Source: Escherichia coli (GTDB lineage Bacteria > Pseudomonadota > Gammaproteobacteria > Enterobacterales > Enterobacteriaceae). From it: a DNA stretch of 64,000 nt. The position numbers and the translations under genes are program-made. Each line of letters begins with the position of its first letter. The first letter of the stretch is position 1. The notes beneath the pieces are model-generated. The model did not search any database and was not told the DNA's origin. It was given only the letters and a program-made list of their open reading frames with translations. The DNA is taken from assembly GCF_029227855.1 (NCBI RefSeq), contig NZ_CP074356.1. One strand, 5' to 3'. Positions 31,324 to 45,592 of the stretch are shown one piece after another.

Positions 31324-33033
31324 TTACCGCACCGGCTCCGTCGATGTAACTTCACCGCTGGAAACGATGCCAGCATTCATGGTTTGAGTCACTTGCTGCT
31401 TTGCGGCGTTCACGGCATGCAATTGCCCGCTAACCGTAGGTTTCAACGGGACATTGGCCTGAATATCGCCACTGGCGGTAAGCTGAATATTGCCGTCGCC
31501 AGTCAACGGTAATTTAGGCCATCCCCACTGTTGCAAAATATTCACCGGCACACCGCGTCCATTCAGGCTGATATGTGTCTGACGTTGTGGCGTTTGTGAA
31601 ACACTGGCGGTGGCTTCCAGAATGCCTTTTTCAGTAAATGCACTCAGTTCGCTGATATTCACCGTGCTGCTGTTGGCGGTCAGCGCCAGCGACGGGCGAC
31701 GAACATCAACACGATTGAATGTCGCGGCGGCGGCATTCAGATTCGCCGAGCCACTCCAGACGCCCCATTTATGATCGGTAACCAGCGTCAGGTTGGCACC
31801 GTAACCATCGAGCGCGGTGAGCTGCCACGGGAAGTCAGGGTCGATATCAATGATCAGATTGCGGCTGGCGCTAAATCTCTTCAGTTGCAGGCTGTTTAAC
31901 CAACCGGGTGTCGTTTCCATCCACAACTGTTGCCAGTTTTTCGGCAAGGTATATTCCAGCCCGGCAATTGCCACATCATCAAGGATCAACGTTTTCCCGT
32001 CACGCAGCCAGTTCCCTGACGTTCTGACCATACCCCCTTCCCAGCGGCTGGTGAACTGGCGCAGCGCTACGCCCTGCGGGGAAAATTCCGCGTTTATAAT
32101 CGGGTCAAATAAATGCAGCGAACCATAAATGAACTCGCTAGCGTTCATCGACAGTTTGCCTTCCTGTGTCTGCCAGTCATCTTTACTGAAGGTCATGTTG
32201 CGCAAGCTGAGATCGAGGTCGGTCACCGCCCAGTCCGGACCTTGCAAACGAGCATCGATCACTTCCAGGCGACCAATCTGCAACGACGGGACAGAGCGTA
32301 ATGGCGCAAAGAAGTCGGTTAGCGATTTTTCGCTTTGTAGACGTATATCCGCCATGCGCAGGTTTTCCACTTGCCAGCTGCCGTCGGCGTTACGCTGCGC
32401 GTTTCCGGTTAATGTCCCGCGGGCGATGTCGGCACCCAGGTTAGTCAGCGTAACGCGATCGTTATCAATACTGCCTTCAATCAGTACATTGGTGGCAGGA
32501 ACATCATTGAGCGAAAGCGATCCGGCACTAAACTGAATCTGCGCCTTCGTACCCAGCACTTTACCGGCTTTTGGTGACCACGGAACTACGCCGCCATTTA
32601 CCCGCTGCGCGCTCAGTTTCCATTCGCTATTCGGGCTATTAAACGCCATATCACGCAGTTGCAGACGATCGGCTTTGAACGGTAGCGGCGCGGTCTGGTC
32701 GGTGAGATTCAGCGTCCCGTTTTCCAGCAGGATGGTATCGACATGGCGTGGTTCGGTCAGTTGCCGACTGCTTAGCGCAATGTCGACACTTTTTGCCACC
32801 AGGGTCGCGGGCTGACCATCACGACCAAACGTGACGTTCTCCAGCACGATATGAGATGGCGCGGAAAAACGGTGATCCATCGCCCCGAAGGCCAGATGAT
32901 AGTCGCTATTCTCGGAAACCCATGCGCTGATATGTTCTGCTCCCCAGCGGGTTTGCAGAAGAAAATAGAGGCCAGCGATCACCACTAACAGAGCGATGAG
33001 AATGTAGAGAAGCAGCTTCCCAATAAATTTCAT
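31324..33033 (-). CDS. yicH: AsmA-family protein YicH
   Basis: 569 aa from MKFIGK with N-terminal TM anchor. Confidence 0.87.
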   Translation of the reverse strand: MKFIGKLLLYILIALLVVIAGLYFLLQTRWGAEHISAWVSENSDYHLAFGAMDHRFSAPSHIVLENVTFGRDGQPATLVAKSVDIALSSRQLTEPRHVDTILLENGTLNLTDQTAPLPFKADRLQLRDMAFNSPNSEWKLSAQRVNGGVVPWSPKAGKVLGTKAQIQFSAGSLSLNDVPATNVLIEGSIDNDRVTLTNLGADIARGTLTGNAQRNADGSWQVENLRMADIRLQSEKSLTDFFAPLRSVPSLQIGRLEVIDARLQGPDWAVTDLDLSLRNMTFSKDDWQTQEGKLSMNASEFIYGSLHLFDPIINAEFSPQGVALRQFTSRWEGGMVRTSGNWLRDGKTLILDDVAIAGLEYTLPKNWQQLWMETTPGWLNSLQLKRFSASRNLIIDIDPDFPWQLTALDGYGANLTLVTDHKWGVWSGSANLNAAAATFNRVDVRRPSLALTANSSTVNISELSAFTEKGILEATASVSQTPQRQTHISLNGRGVPVNILQQWGWPKLPLTGDGNIQLTASGDIQANVPLKPTVSGQLHAVNAAKQQVTQTMNAGIVSSGEVTSTEPVR

Positions 33034-33153
33034 GGTCTTCCATCCCGTGAAATGCACATAAGGGAGTTATGCACGATTTACGCGCAATCCTCAAGGCGGG
33101 AATGGTGAAAGAGGTGAGACTGCGGCGGTAATTATCTTACCGCCGCCAGTGAA

Positions 33154-34545
33154 TTACTGTTTTTCTGGTGGGAAAATCAGATTCAGCACGATGGCAGTAA
33201 TACCGCCCGCGGCGATCCCGGAGGAGAGCAGGTTTTTCAGCCATTCAGGGGCAAACTGCAAAATCAGCGGCTGCTGAGACACGCCCAGACCAACCGCCAG
33301 CGACAGCGCGATAATCAGAATCGCCCGACGGTTCAGCGGCTCACGAGAAACGATACGCACACCGGAGGCGGCGATGGTGCCAAACATTACAAGCGTTGCG
33401 CCGCCCAGAACCGGTTCTGGAATGTGTTGTACAAAACCGCTCACTGCCGGGAACAGACCCAGCACGATCAACATCAGCGCGACGACAAAACCGACATAGC
33501 GGCTGGCAACACCAGTCAACTGGATCACTCCGTTGTTTTGCCCGAAGCAGGAGTTCGGGAAGGTGTTAAACACCGCCGAAACAAACGAGTTCAGGCCGTT
33601 TGCCAGCACGCCGCCTTTCAGGCGTTTCATGTACAGCGGACCGGACACTGGCTGTTCGGAAACGTCAGAGGTCGCCGTGATATCGCCAATGGTTTCCAGC
33701 GAAGTGATCATAAAGACCAGCATCAGCGGCAGCAGCAGACTCCATTCAATGCCAAGACCGTAATAGAGCGGCGTTGGCACCATAATCAGTTCTTGCGTCA
33801 TCGGTTCGTTGCTTTCTGGCAACATGCCCATAAACCACGCCAGCGCATATCCGGCCGCCATCGCAATCACCAGTGAGGCCACGCGTAAGTAAGGGTTACG
33901 TTGACGGTTAAGCAGGATAATTAAGGCTAAGACCACGCCTGCCAGCAGCAGATTTTTCGGTGCGCCGAAGGTGTTATCGCTCATGGCTGCGTAACCGCCG
34001 CCAATGGACGTTAACCCAACCTGAATTAGCGACAGGCCGATAATCATCACCACAACGCCAGAAACCAGCGGCGTAATAATGCGGCGCGCCAGATGCAGAA
34101 CGCGGGAGATCACCATCTCGGTGCAACTTGCCAGCATCAACGTGCCGAACAAAGCCGCCATCATGGTAGGAACATCAGCACCACCGGTTTTCAGCGCGGT
34201 ACCGCCCATAATCAGCGGGGCAACAAAGTTGAAGCTGGTGCCCTGAATAGACAACAGCCCGGAGCCAACCGGACCCCAGGCCTTAATTTGAATAATCGAT
34301 GCCACACCGGAGGCAAACAGCGACATACTAATAATGTGTTGCGTGTCTTGTGCCGGTAAACCCAGCGCCTGGCAGATTAATAGCGCTGGCGTGATCACCG
34401 CAACGAACATCGCCAGCAGATGCTGACAGGCGGCAAACAGGGTTTGAGGAAGCGGCGGACGATCTTCAAGACGGTAAATCAGTTCGCTGTTTTGAGTCTG
34501 CGCAACCGGTTGCGCATTTTCTGACTCGAGGGTGGAAACAGACAT
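33154..34545 (-). CDS. xanP: Xanthine permease (NCS2 family)
   Basis: 463 aa from MSVSTLE; NCS2 nucleobase transporter. Confidence 0.9.
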
Positions 34546-34824
34546 CGAAAACAATCCCGTGGTAGCAAAGCGGGCATTTTAGCTGACCGAAAGAGAAAAG
34601 CAAACGTTTGCCACATCCTCATCTAAATATTTAAATGAGATAAATGCACTTTTTTATATAACTTTTGGTATTTTTCTGCTTAAAATCCATGCCATTTGTT
34701 CATTAACAGCTGAGAATTTGACCCAGGAAAGCATAACTCGATACCCGTCATAGTTCATGAAGTTGCCACTGCGCGATGAAGTATGACGAGTATGAAAGAG
34801 TGATGCGGATACAAAGGAGTAACT

Positions 34825-36030
34825 ATGTTTCATCTCGATACTTTAGCAACGCTTGTTGCCGCAACGCTGACGTTGCTGCTCGGGCGTAAGTTGGTCCATT
34901 CCGTCTCCTTTTTGAAGAAATACACCATACCGGAACCTGTTGCGGGTGGTTTGTTGGTGGCGCTGGCGCTACTAGTACTGAAAAAAAGCATGGGCTGGGA
35001 AGTCAACTTTGATATGTCCCTGCGCGATCCGTTAATGCTGGCTTTCTTCGCCACCATTGGCCTGAACGCCAACATTGCCAGTTTGCGTGCCGGTGGGCGT
35101 GTGGTTGGCATCTTCTTGATTGTGGTTGTTGGTCTGTTGGTGATGCAAAATGCCATTGGCATTGGTATGGCTAGCCTGTTAGGGCTTGATCCGCTGATGG
35201 GGCTGTTGGCCGGTTCTATTACGCTTTCCGGCGGTCACGGTACGGGCGCTGCGTGGAGTAAATTGTTCATTGAACGTTATGGCTTCACCAATGCGACGGA
35301 AGTGGCGATGGCCTGTGCAACGTTCGGTCTGGTGCTGGGCGGCTTGATTGGCGGTCCGGTGGCGCGCTATCTGGTGAAACACTCCACCACGCCGAACGGT
35401 ATTCCGGATGACCAGGAAGTCCCGACGGCGTTTGAAAAGCCGGATGTGGGCCGCATGATCACCTCGCTGGTGCTGATTGAAACTATCGCGCTGATTGCTA
35501 TCTGCCTGACGGTGGGGAAAATTGTTGCGCAACTTTTGGCTGGCACTGCTTTTGAACTGCCGACCTTCGTCTGTGTACTGTTTGTTGGCGTGATTCTGAG
35601 CAACGGTCTGTCAATGATGGGCTTTTACCGCGTCTTTGAGCGTGCGGTATCCGTGCTGGGTAACGTAAGCCTGTCGTTGTTCCTGGCGATGGCGCTGATG
35701 GGGCTGAAACTGTGGGAGCTGGCTTCGCTGGCGCTGCCGATGCTGGCGATTCTGGTGGTACAGACCATCTTCATGGCGTTGTATGCCATCTTCGTTACCT
35801 GGCGCATGATGGGCAAAAACTACGATGCGGCAGTGCTGGCTGCGGGTCACTGTGGTTTTGGCCTCGGTGCAACGCCAACGGCAATCGCCAACATGCAGGC
35901 GATCACTGAACGCTTTGGCCCGTCGCACATGGCGTTTTTGGTGGTGCCGATGGTCGGTGCGTTCTTTATCGATATCGTCAATGCGCTGGTGATTAAGCTG
36001 TATTTAATGTTGCCGATTTTTGCCGGTTAA
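34825..36030 (+). CDS. gltS: Sodium/glutamate symporter
   Basis: 401-aa polytopic membrane protein recognised as GltS. Confidence 0.92.
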   Translation: MFHLDTLATLVAATLTLLLGRKLVHSVSFLKKYTIPEPVAGGLLVALALLVLKKSMGWEVNFDMSLRDPLMLAFFATIGLNANIASLRAGGRVVGIFLIVVVGLLVMQNAIGIGMASLLGLDPLMGLLAGSITLSGGHGTGAAWSKLFIERYGFTNATEVAMACATFGLVLGGLIGGPVARYLVKHSTTPNGIPDDQEVPTAFEKPDVGRMITSLVLIETIALIAICLTVGKIVAQLLAGTAFELPTFVCVLFVGVILSNGLSMMGFYRVFERAVSVLGNVSLSLFLAMALMGLKLWELASLALPMLAILVVQTIFMALYAIFVTWRMMGKNYDAAVLAAGHCGFGLGATPTAIANMQAITERFGPSHMAFLVVPMVGAFFIDIVNALVIKLYLMLPIFAG

Positions 36031-36032
36031 AA

Positions 36033-36899
36033 ATGAAAAAGCGTCGGAAGGAACCGGAAACGCTACGTGAACACTGTCGCCATATTTTTGGTGATGAGCC
36101 GCCAGTGCTCTGTGTATGGGAAACGGAATTTGATTACGCAGATGCCGAACTCAAGGCGCTGGCGGCTAAAGAGTGGCAGCAGATCAGCGAATGGGATTTG
36201 AGTGCTTACTATGTACTCAATCTCGTTTATAACGAACCGATGCAAATAGAGTTGTTTCGCTATCTGTTTCCGCTCTGCCTGGCGCAATGGCATGAAACCG
36301 TTTTAGCTGGCGGTTATGGTGATCACTTCGAAGAATCCTTAATGAAGGCATTGTGTCGGCCCTATCTCTGGCAGGAGATGATGAATGCTTCCCAACGCCA
36401 GCAGGTACGGCAATTTTTACTGGACACCGCGTTGCAGCGTATGGATAACGAGCGTGGTTTCAATAACGTTCTTTGCTGGCTGGCGGTGTTCAATACTCTG
36501 GGTGGGGCCGCGCCGTTAATTCGTTCTCTCTGGTCGCGCTGGTGGGCGCTGGATACGCCAGGAAAAGCGGTGTGTGCTATTCAGTATGCCGCGCATCTAA
36601 TTTATCCCATAGAAGCCAATCCGTTATGGTCGCAAGAATGGATAGGCTGGGGGCATCCATTAGGCCATAAAGATGGCTGGTCCTCTGATAATCGCGCTTT
36701 TCTTCGCCAAATGTTAACACCTGAAATGATTGTGGCTGGCGTACAGGCAGCGGCTGAAATTCTGCGTGGTGAACCGGAAGGCGCAATGGCGGCGCGAATT
36801 GCACAGGATGCGTATGAGGCAATGGATATCCTCACTATCCAGATTGAAGATTTACTGCGTGACTTGTCTTGTGATGAGTCTGGTCATGCGTTGGAGTAA
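36033..36899 (+). CDS. Hypothetical protein (288 aa), not recalled in K-12 at this position
   Basis: ATG 2 nt after the gltS stop; protein-like composition; 3' end overlaps the recG 3' end by 16 bp. Confidence 0.5.
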   Translation: MKKRRKEPETLREHCRHIFGDEPPVLCVWETEFDYADAELKALAAKEWQQISEWDLSAYYVLNLVYNEPMQIELFRYLFPLCLAQWHETVLAGGYGDHFEESLMKALCRPYLWQEMMNASQRQQVRQFLLDTALQRMDNERGFNNVLCWLAVFNTLGGAAPLIRSLWSRWWALDTPGKAVCAIQYAAHLIYPIEANPLWSQEWIGWGHPLGHKDGWSSDNRAFLRQMLTPEMIVAGVQAAAEILRGEPEGAMAARIAQDAYEAMDILTIQIEDLLRDLSCDESGHALE

Positions 36900-38965
36900 C
36901 GTTCCGTCTCCGGCATCCAGCGTTCTATCAGGGCTTTTGCTTGTTGTGGGTAACGTTCGTGAATATGTCGCGCCAGGCGCTGAACTTCCGGGATCATCGC
37001 CTGATCGCGCAGTAAATCCGCCACTTTAAACTCAGCATTACCCGTCTGACGCGTACCTAACAGTTCACCCGGTCCGCGAATCTCTAAGTCTTTCTGTGCA
37101 ATCACAAAACCGTCGTTGCTGTCGCGCAGCACTTGCAGCCGAATTTGCGCGGTTTTGGAGAGCGGCGTTTTGTAGAGCAGCACGCAGTGAGAAGCCACCG
37201 CACCACGACCTACACGCCCGCGAAGCTGGTGTAACTGCGCCAGACCCAGACGCTCCGGGTTTTCGATAATCATCAGACTGGCGTTAGGCACATCAACGCC
37301 GACTTCAATAACGGTTGTGGCAACCAGCAGGTGTAGCTCACCTTGTTTAAACGACGCCATCACCGCCTGTTTCTCGGCAGGTTTCATCCGCCCGTGTACC
37401 AGGCCAACGTTCAACTCTGGTAGCGCCAGTTTCAACTCTTCCCAGGTAGCTTCCGCCGCCTGCGCTTCCAGTAATTCCGACTCTTCAATCAACGTACAAA
37501 CCCAGTACGCCTGACGACCTTCAGTCATGCAGGCGTGGCGCACGCGGTCAATGATGTCGGTACGGCGGGTATCAGGAATAGCGACCGTAGTCACTGGCGT
37601 GCGGCCTGGCGGCAGCTCATCTATCACCGAGGTATCGAGATCGGCATACGCAGTCATTGCCAGCGTGCGGGGGATCGGCGTGGCGGTCATGATCAACTGA
37701 TGCGGATGGAAGCCCTGCTGCTGGCCTTTCTCCCACAATGCCAGACGCTGATGTACGCCAAAACGATGCTGTTCGTCGATAATCACCAGCGCCAGGCCGT
37801 TAAACTGCACCTGTTCCTGGAAGATGGCGTGTGTACCGACAATCATCTGCACCTGACCGCTGGCGATGGCTTCCTGCTGTGCCAGCCGTGCTTTACCTTT
37901 CTGCTTACCGGCGAGCCAGCCCACTTCGATACCGAGCGGAGCAAACCAGTTACGGAAGTTATTGGCGTGCTGCTCGGCGAGTAATTCGGTTGGTGCCATC
38001 AGCGCCACCTGTTTGCCGTGCGCAATTGCACGCAGCGCGGCGAGGGCGGCGACCAGTGTTTTACCGGAGCCTACATCGCCCTGCACCAGACGCATCATCG
38101 GCACATCCAGCGCCATATCGCGCTCGATCTCCGCCACCACGCGTGCCTGAGCGCCCGTTGGCTTAAACGGTAAGGCAGCAAGAAGTTTATTTTTCAGCGC
38201 GTCATTGTCGCTAAGCGGCTGGGCATGAAAACGTTGCGCTCCGGCACGTAAAGCTAACATGCTGAGGTTGTGCGCCAGTAGTTCTTCCAGAATCAGACGA
38301 CGTTGCGCCGGATGATGCCCGGTTTCCAGATCGCTAAGCTGTAGCGTCGGTGGCGGGCGATGCAGGGTGCGCAAGGCTTCCGGTAGCGTCATCATTCCTT
38401 GTGACAGTTCCGGCGGCAGGAGTTCTTCAATGGCGCAGGTGTCGAGCAGATCCAGCGCCTGGTCGGTTAATTTACGCAGCGTGGCCTGCTTTACGCCTTC
38501 GGTTGTTGGATAAACCGGCGTGAGCGTTTCCTGCAACTCTGGCGTACTGAGATCGCCCTGCACGCGGTATTCCGGGTGGATCATCTCTGCGCCATATTTG
38601 CCGCGCTTTGCTTCGCCATAGGCCAGTACACGGCGGCCCGTCGCCAGGCTATTTTTCATTGCCGCGTTGAAGTTGAAAAAGCGCATGGTGAGAATGCCGG
38701 AACCGTCGCTGATCTGGCAGGTCATCATCCGCCGACCGCCGAAGGAGATATTGCAGTTCAGCACTTCGCCTTCCACCGTGGCATAAACGCCCGGCAGTAG
38801 TTCTCCGATGGGGTAGAGATGGGTGCGATCTTCGTAGCGCAGGGGAAGGTGTAACAGTAGATCCTGCACGGTATGCAGGTTGATTTTCGCCAGTTTGTTA
38901 CTAAGTGCTGCGCCAACGCCCGTTAGGGAACTGAGTGGGACAGCATCTAACAGGCGACCTTTCAT
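36884..38965 (-). CDS. recG: ATP-dependent DNA helicase RecG
   Basis: 693 aa from MKGRLL; SF2 helicase motifs GDVGSGKT and DEQHRFG. Confidence 0.93.
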   Translation of the reverse strand: MKGRLLDAVPLSSLTGVGAALSNKLAKINLHTVQDLLLHLPLRYEDRTHLYPIGELLPGVYATVEGEVLNCNISFGGRRMMTCQISDGSGILTMRFFNFNAAMKNSLATGRRVLAYGEAKRGKYGAEMIHPEYRVQGDLSTPELQETLTPVYPTTEGVKQATLRKLTDQALDLLDTCAIEELLPPELSQGMMTLPEALRTLHRPPPTLQLSDLETGHHPAQRRLILEELLAHNLSMLALRAGAQRFHAQPLSDNDALKNKLLAALPFKPTGAQARVVAEIERDMALDVPMMRLVQGDVGSGKTLVAALAALRAIAHGKQVALMAPTELLAEQHANNFRNWFAPLGIEVGWLAGKQKGKARLAQQEAIASGQVQMIVGTHAIFQEQVQFNGLALVIIDEQHRFGVHQRLALWEKGQQQGFHPHQLIMTATPIPRTLAMTAYADLDTSVIDELPPGRTPVTTVAIPDTRRTDIIDRVRHACMTEGRQAYWVCTLIEESELLEAQAAEATWEELKLALPELNVGLVHGRMKPAEKQAVMASFKQGELHLLVATTVIEVGVDVPNASLMIIENPERLGLAQLHQLRGRVGRGAVASHCVLLYKTPLSKTAQIRLQVLRDSNDGFVIAQKDLEIRGPGELLGTRQTGNAEFKVADLLRDQAMIPEVQRLARHIHERYPQQAKALIERWMPETERYSNA

Positions 38966-38970
38966 GGCAC

Positions 38971-39660
38971 TTACCCTGCAGCCTGCATAGTAGCCCACCA
39001 GTCGGCATCAGCTTCGATCTCGCCTTGCTGATTGACGTGGGGATAAGGCAGGCCTTTGCGTTTTGCGACTTTCGCCAGCACCGGATAGCCGCCTTCAAAC
39101 AACAGGCGTTGTTGCTCTGCTTCCGGCAACATGCTGTTTTCACGCAGGTACATGCCTGCATTTTGCCGCTGACGCTGGGCTTCGTAAAGAATGAGGGCTG
39201 AGGCAACGGAAACATTCAGCGACTGCACCATGCCGATCATCGGAATGATGATGTCCTGATCCGCCAGGGCCAATGCTTCCTGCGTGATGCCCGTTTTCTC
39301 CTGTCCCATCAAAATGCAGGTCGGGCGGGTGTAATCAATTTCGCGGAAATCGACAGCGTTATCAGAAAGATGGGTTGCCAGAATCTGCATGCCCTGGCCT
39401 TTGAGATGAGCGACGGCATCGACAATGGTGCGGTGTGTTTTCACCTGCACCCAGCTGTTACTACCCGCAGCTGCCGAAGCCATGGTGCGCATCCGGCTGC
39501 CTGGCCAGACAGCATGAACTTCATGTACGCCAACGGCATCTGCGGTACGAATAATCGCAGAAACGTTATGAGGTTTGTGGACCTGCTCCATGCAGACGGT
39601 CAGATCAGGCTGCCGCCTGGCGAGCATTTCGCAGATGCGTGCATAACGTGTTGGATTCAT
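38971..39660 (-). CDS. trmH: tRNA (Gm18) 2'-O-methyltransferase
   Basis: 229-aa SpoU-family methyltransferase. Confidence 0.92.
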   Translation of the reverse strand: MNPTRYARICEMLARRQPDLTVCMEQVHKPHNVSAIIRTADAVGVHEVHAVWPGSRMRTMASAAAGSNSWVQVKTHRTIVDAVAHLKGQGMQILATHLSDNAVDFREIDYTRPTCILMGQEKTGITQEALALADQDIIIPMIGMVQSLNVSVASALILYEAQRQRQNAGMYLRENSMLPEAEQQRLLFEGGYPVLAKVAKRKGLPYPHVNQQGEIEADADWWATMQAAG

Positions 39661-39666
39661 AAAACA

Positions 39667-41775
39667 TTAATTTCGGTTTCGGGTGACTTTAATCACGTCT
39701 GGCATCACGCGGATTTTGCGCATGATATTCGCCAGATGCACACGGTCACGGGCGGTCAGACGAATAAAGGCGCTATAGACGCGACCATCTTTCTCTTCCG
39801 TATTCAAACTTTGAATATTCGAGGTCGTGGTGTTAATTGCCGCCGTCAGGTTTGCCAGCGCGCCCTGATGATTGAACATCTCCACCTTGATTTCGGTGAT
39901 GAACTCCTGCGCCGTCTCTTTATCCCATTCCACAGCCATAAACTTCTCTGGCTCTTTCTGGTAGCCACGGATGTTACGGCAGGATTCATGGTGGATCACC
40001 AGACCTTTACCGGGGCTGACGTGGGCGATAATCGGGTCGCCAGGAATAGGGCGGCAGCATTTCGCAAAGGTGATCAGCACGCCATCAGCGCCTTTGATCG
40101 GCAGATGCCCGTGGCTTTGAGTCGCCGGTGGAATGGAGGCGTCCCCATGTTGTAGATTTTTCGCGACCACCACGCTCATTGCGTTACCAAGGCCGATTTC
40201 TGCCAGCAGATCGTCAAGCGTTGCCAGCTTCATGCGATCCAGCTCGCGCTGAATATTTTCCTGCGGGATTTCATTGAGCTTACGGCTACCACCCAAAGCA
40301 TGGTTGAGCAGACGACGGCCCAGGCTTACAGAATCATCACGCTTGAGGTTTTTCAGCAACTGACGAATTTTGGCGCGCGCTTTTGAGCTAACGACAAAGT
40401 TCAGCCACGCGGCATTCGGGCGAGCGCCCGGTGCGGTAATGATTTCAACGGTTTGACCGCTGGTAAGCGGCTGCGACAGCGGGTAAGGCTGGCGGTCAAC
40501 GCGTGCGCCCACGCAGGCATGACCGATATCGGTATGCACTGCATAAGCGAAGTCGACGGGCGTTGCACCGGCAGGCAGCTCGACAATTCGCCCTTCCGGT
40601 GTGAAAACGTAAATCTCATCCGGGAAGAGATCGGATTTAACGCTCTCGATAAATTCAAACGAACTACCGGCGCTCTGTTGCAGCTCCAGCAGGCTTTGCA
40701 TCCAGCGCTGGGCGCGGATTTGCGCGGTGGTGCTGGTTTCGCCGTGCTCTTTATAAGCCCAGTGCGCGGCAACACCCATCTCCGCCATCTGATCCATATC
40801 TTCGGTACGGATCTGGACCTCAACCGGCACACCGTGCGGGCCGATCATCGAGGTGTGCAAAGACTGATAGCCGTTCGCTTTTGGAATGGCGATGTAGTCT
40901 TTCACGCGACCCGGACGCGGCTTGTACAGGCTATGCATTTGCCCGAGCACGCGATAACAGGTGTCAGAATCATTGACGATCACGCGGAAAGCGTAGATGT
41001 CCATGATTGAGTGAAAACGCTGCTCTTTGAGCACCATTTTGCAGTAAATCGAATAAAGATGCTTTTCGCGACCACTGACGCGGCACGGTATTCCCGCTTC
41101 CTGCAAACGCCCTTCGATTTCAGAGAGGATTTTTTGGATCATCTCTTTACGGTTGCCGCGCGCGGCTTTCACCACTTCTTTAATTACGCGGTAACGATTG
41201 GGATACAGCGCCTCAAAACCCAGCTCTTCGAGTTCGGTTTTAATGTGGTGGATACCTAAACGGTGCGCCAGCGGGCTATAAATTTCGAGAGTTTCACGGG
41301 CGATGCGGCGACGTTTGTCCGGGCGAAGTGAGCCCAGCGTGCGCATGTTGTGGGTACGGTCGGCAAGTTTGATGAGGATGACGCGGATATCCTGCACCAT
41401 CGCCATAATCATCTTGCGAAAGTTTTCGGCCTGCGCCTCTTTCTTATCGCGGAACTTGAGTTTATCAAGTTTCGACACCCCCTCTACCAGCTCGGCGACG
41501 CTTTTACCAAAAAGCTGTTCCATATCCTGGTAGGTGGCGGGAGTATCTTCAATCACGTCATGCAGCAGCGCCGCCATCAGCGTTTCATAGTCGAGTTTCA
41601 TCTCGGCCAGAATGCAGGCAACCGCTACCGGGTGCGTGATATAGGGTTCACCGCTTGAACGTGTTTGCCCCTCGTGAGCATCACGTGCAACGAGATACGC
41701 CTGCCGCAGACGCTTGATTTGGTCTTCCGGCAGGTAGGTTTGAATCAGTTGATTCAGGCTTTCAAACAGATACAA
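39667..41775 (-). CDS. spoT: Bifunctional (p)ppGpp synthase/hydrolase SpoT
   Basis: 702 aa; HD hydrolase, RelA/SpoT synthetase, TGS and ACT regions; TTG start as in E. coli. Confidence 0.95.
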   Translation of the reverse strand: MYLFESLNQLIQTYLPEDQIKRLRQAYLVARDAHEGQTRSSGEPYITHPVAVACILAEMKLDYETLMAALLHDVIEDTPATYQDMEQLFGKSVAELVEGVSKLDKLKFRDKKEAQAENFRKMIMAMVQDIRVILIKLADRTHNMRTLGSLRPDKRRRIARETLEIYSPLAHRLGIHHIKTELEELGFEALYPNRYRVIKEVVKAARGNRKEMIQKILSEIEGRLQEAGIPCRVSGREKHLYSIYCKMVLKEQRFHSIMDIYAFRVIVNDSDTCYRVLGQMHSLYKPRPGRVKDYIAIPKANGYQSLHTSMIGPHGVPVEVQIRTEDMDQMAEMGVAAHWAYKEHGETSTTAQIRAQRWMQSLLELQQSAGSSFEFIESVKSDLFPDEIYVFTPEGRIVELPAGATPVDFAYAVHTDIGHACVGARVDRQPYPLSQPLTSGQTVEIITAPGARPNAAWLNFVVSSKARAKIRQLLKNLKRDDSVSLGRRLLNHALGGSRKLNEIPQENIQRELDRMKLATLDDLLAEIGLGNAMSVVVAKNLQHGDASIPPATQSHGHLPIKGADGVLITFAKCCRPIPGDPIIAHVSPGKGLVIHHESCRNIRGYQKEPEKFMAVEWDKETAQEFITEIKVEMFNHQGALANLTAAINTTTSNIQSLNTEEKDGRVYSAFIRLTARDRVHLANIMRKIRVMPDVIKVTRNRN

Positions 41776-41793
41776 GGGCGACCCGCTTTGTGA

Positions 41794-42069
41794 TTAACGA
41801 CGACCTTCAGCAATAGCGGTAACGGCTTGTAATTCAGCGGCTTCCTGCTCTTGCTGTTCCTGGCGTTCGCGAACGTCGAGGATCTGGTTGTTGATCAGAC
41901 CTTCTTCGATTTCGCGCAGCGCGATTACAGTGGTTTTATCGTTTTCTTCCGGTACCAGCGGATCCTTTCCGCCTACCTGCATCTGACGAGCGCGACGCGC
42001 GGCGACCAGTACCAGGTCAAAACGGTTACCAATTTTCTCTACAGCGTCCTGAACAGTTACGCGTGCCAT
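41794..42069 (-). CDS. rpoZ: RNA polymerase omega subunit
   Basis: 91-aa ORF recognised as RpoZ. Confidence 0.95.
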
Positions 42070-42123
42070 ACTTAAAAAGCTCCACAGGTGAAGAAATGAC
42101 TGGGCATGATACTGAAATCAGGT

Positions 42124-45301
<3,178 letters not shown>

Positions 45302-45592
45302 GGTTCTCTCCCTAAAAATCTGTCTGGCAGGGTAGCGATTTGTGCGCATTGTCACGATTGAGATTTTTTAAGGTGAGGGGAAATTGATAACTTGTAGTTA
45401 TGTGAAATCGCTATTTTCTGTAGCGTAGATGCATTCTTCTGACTTCTTGTCTGAGAAAATGCATAAGAAAAAATAGGTTAAAATTGAGGGGTGGAAAAGA
45501 AAGGTGTAATGTTTAGCCATTGTGTTCACCGCACCTGGACTTTGGCTTACGCATCGGGTATCTCAATCAACAAAAAGAGTTTTTAGTTTCTG

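Noticed and set aside
37535-38166. Plus-strand ORFs inside recG
   Set aside because: Antisense to recG, which has clear helicase motifs.
40453-41010. 185-aa plus-strand ORF (and 41011..41658 ORFs) inside spoT
   Set aside because: Antisense to spoT.
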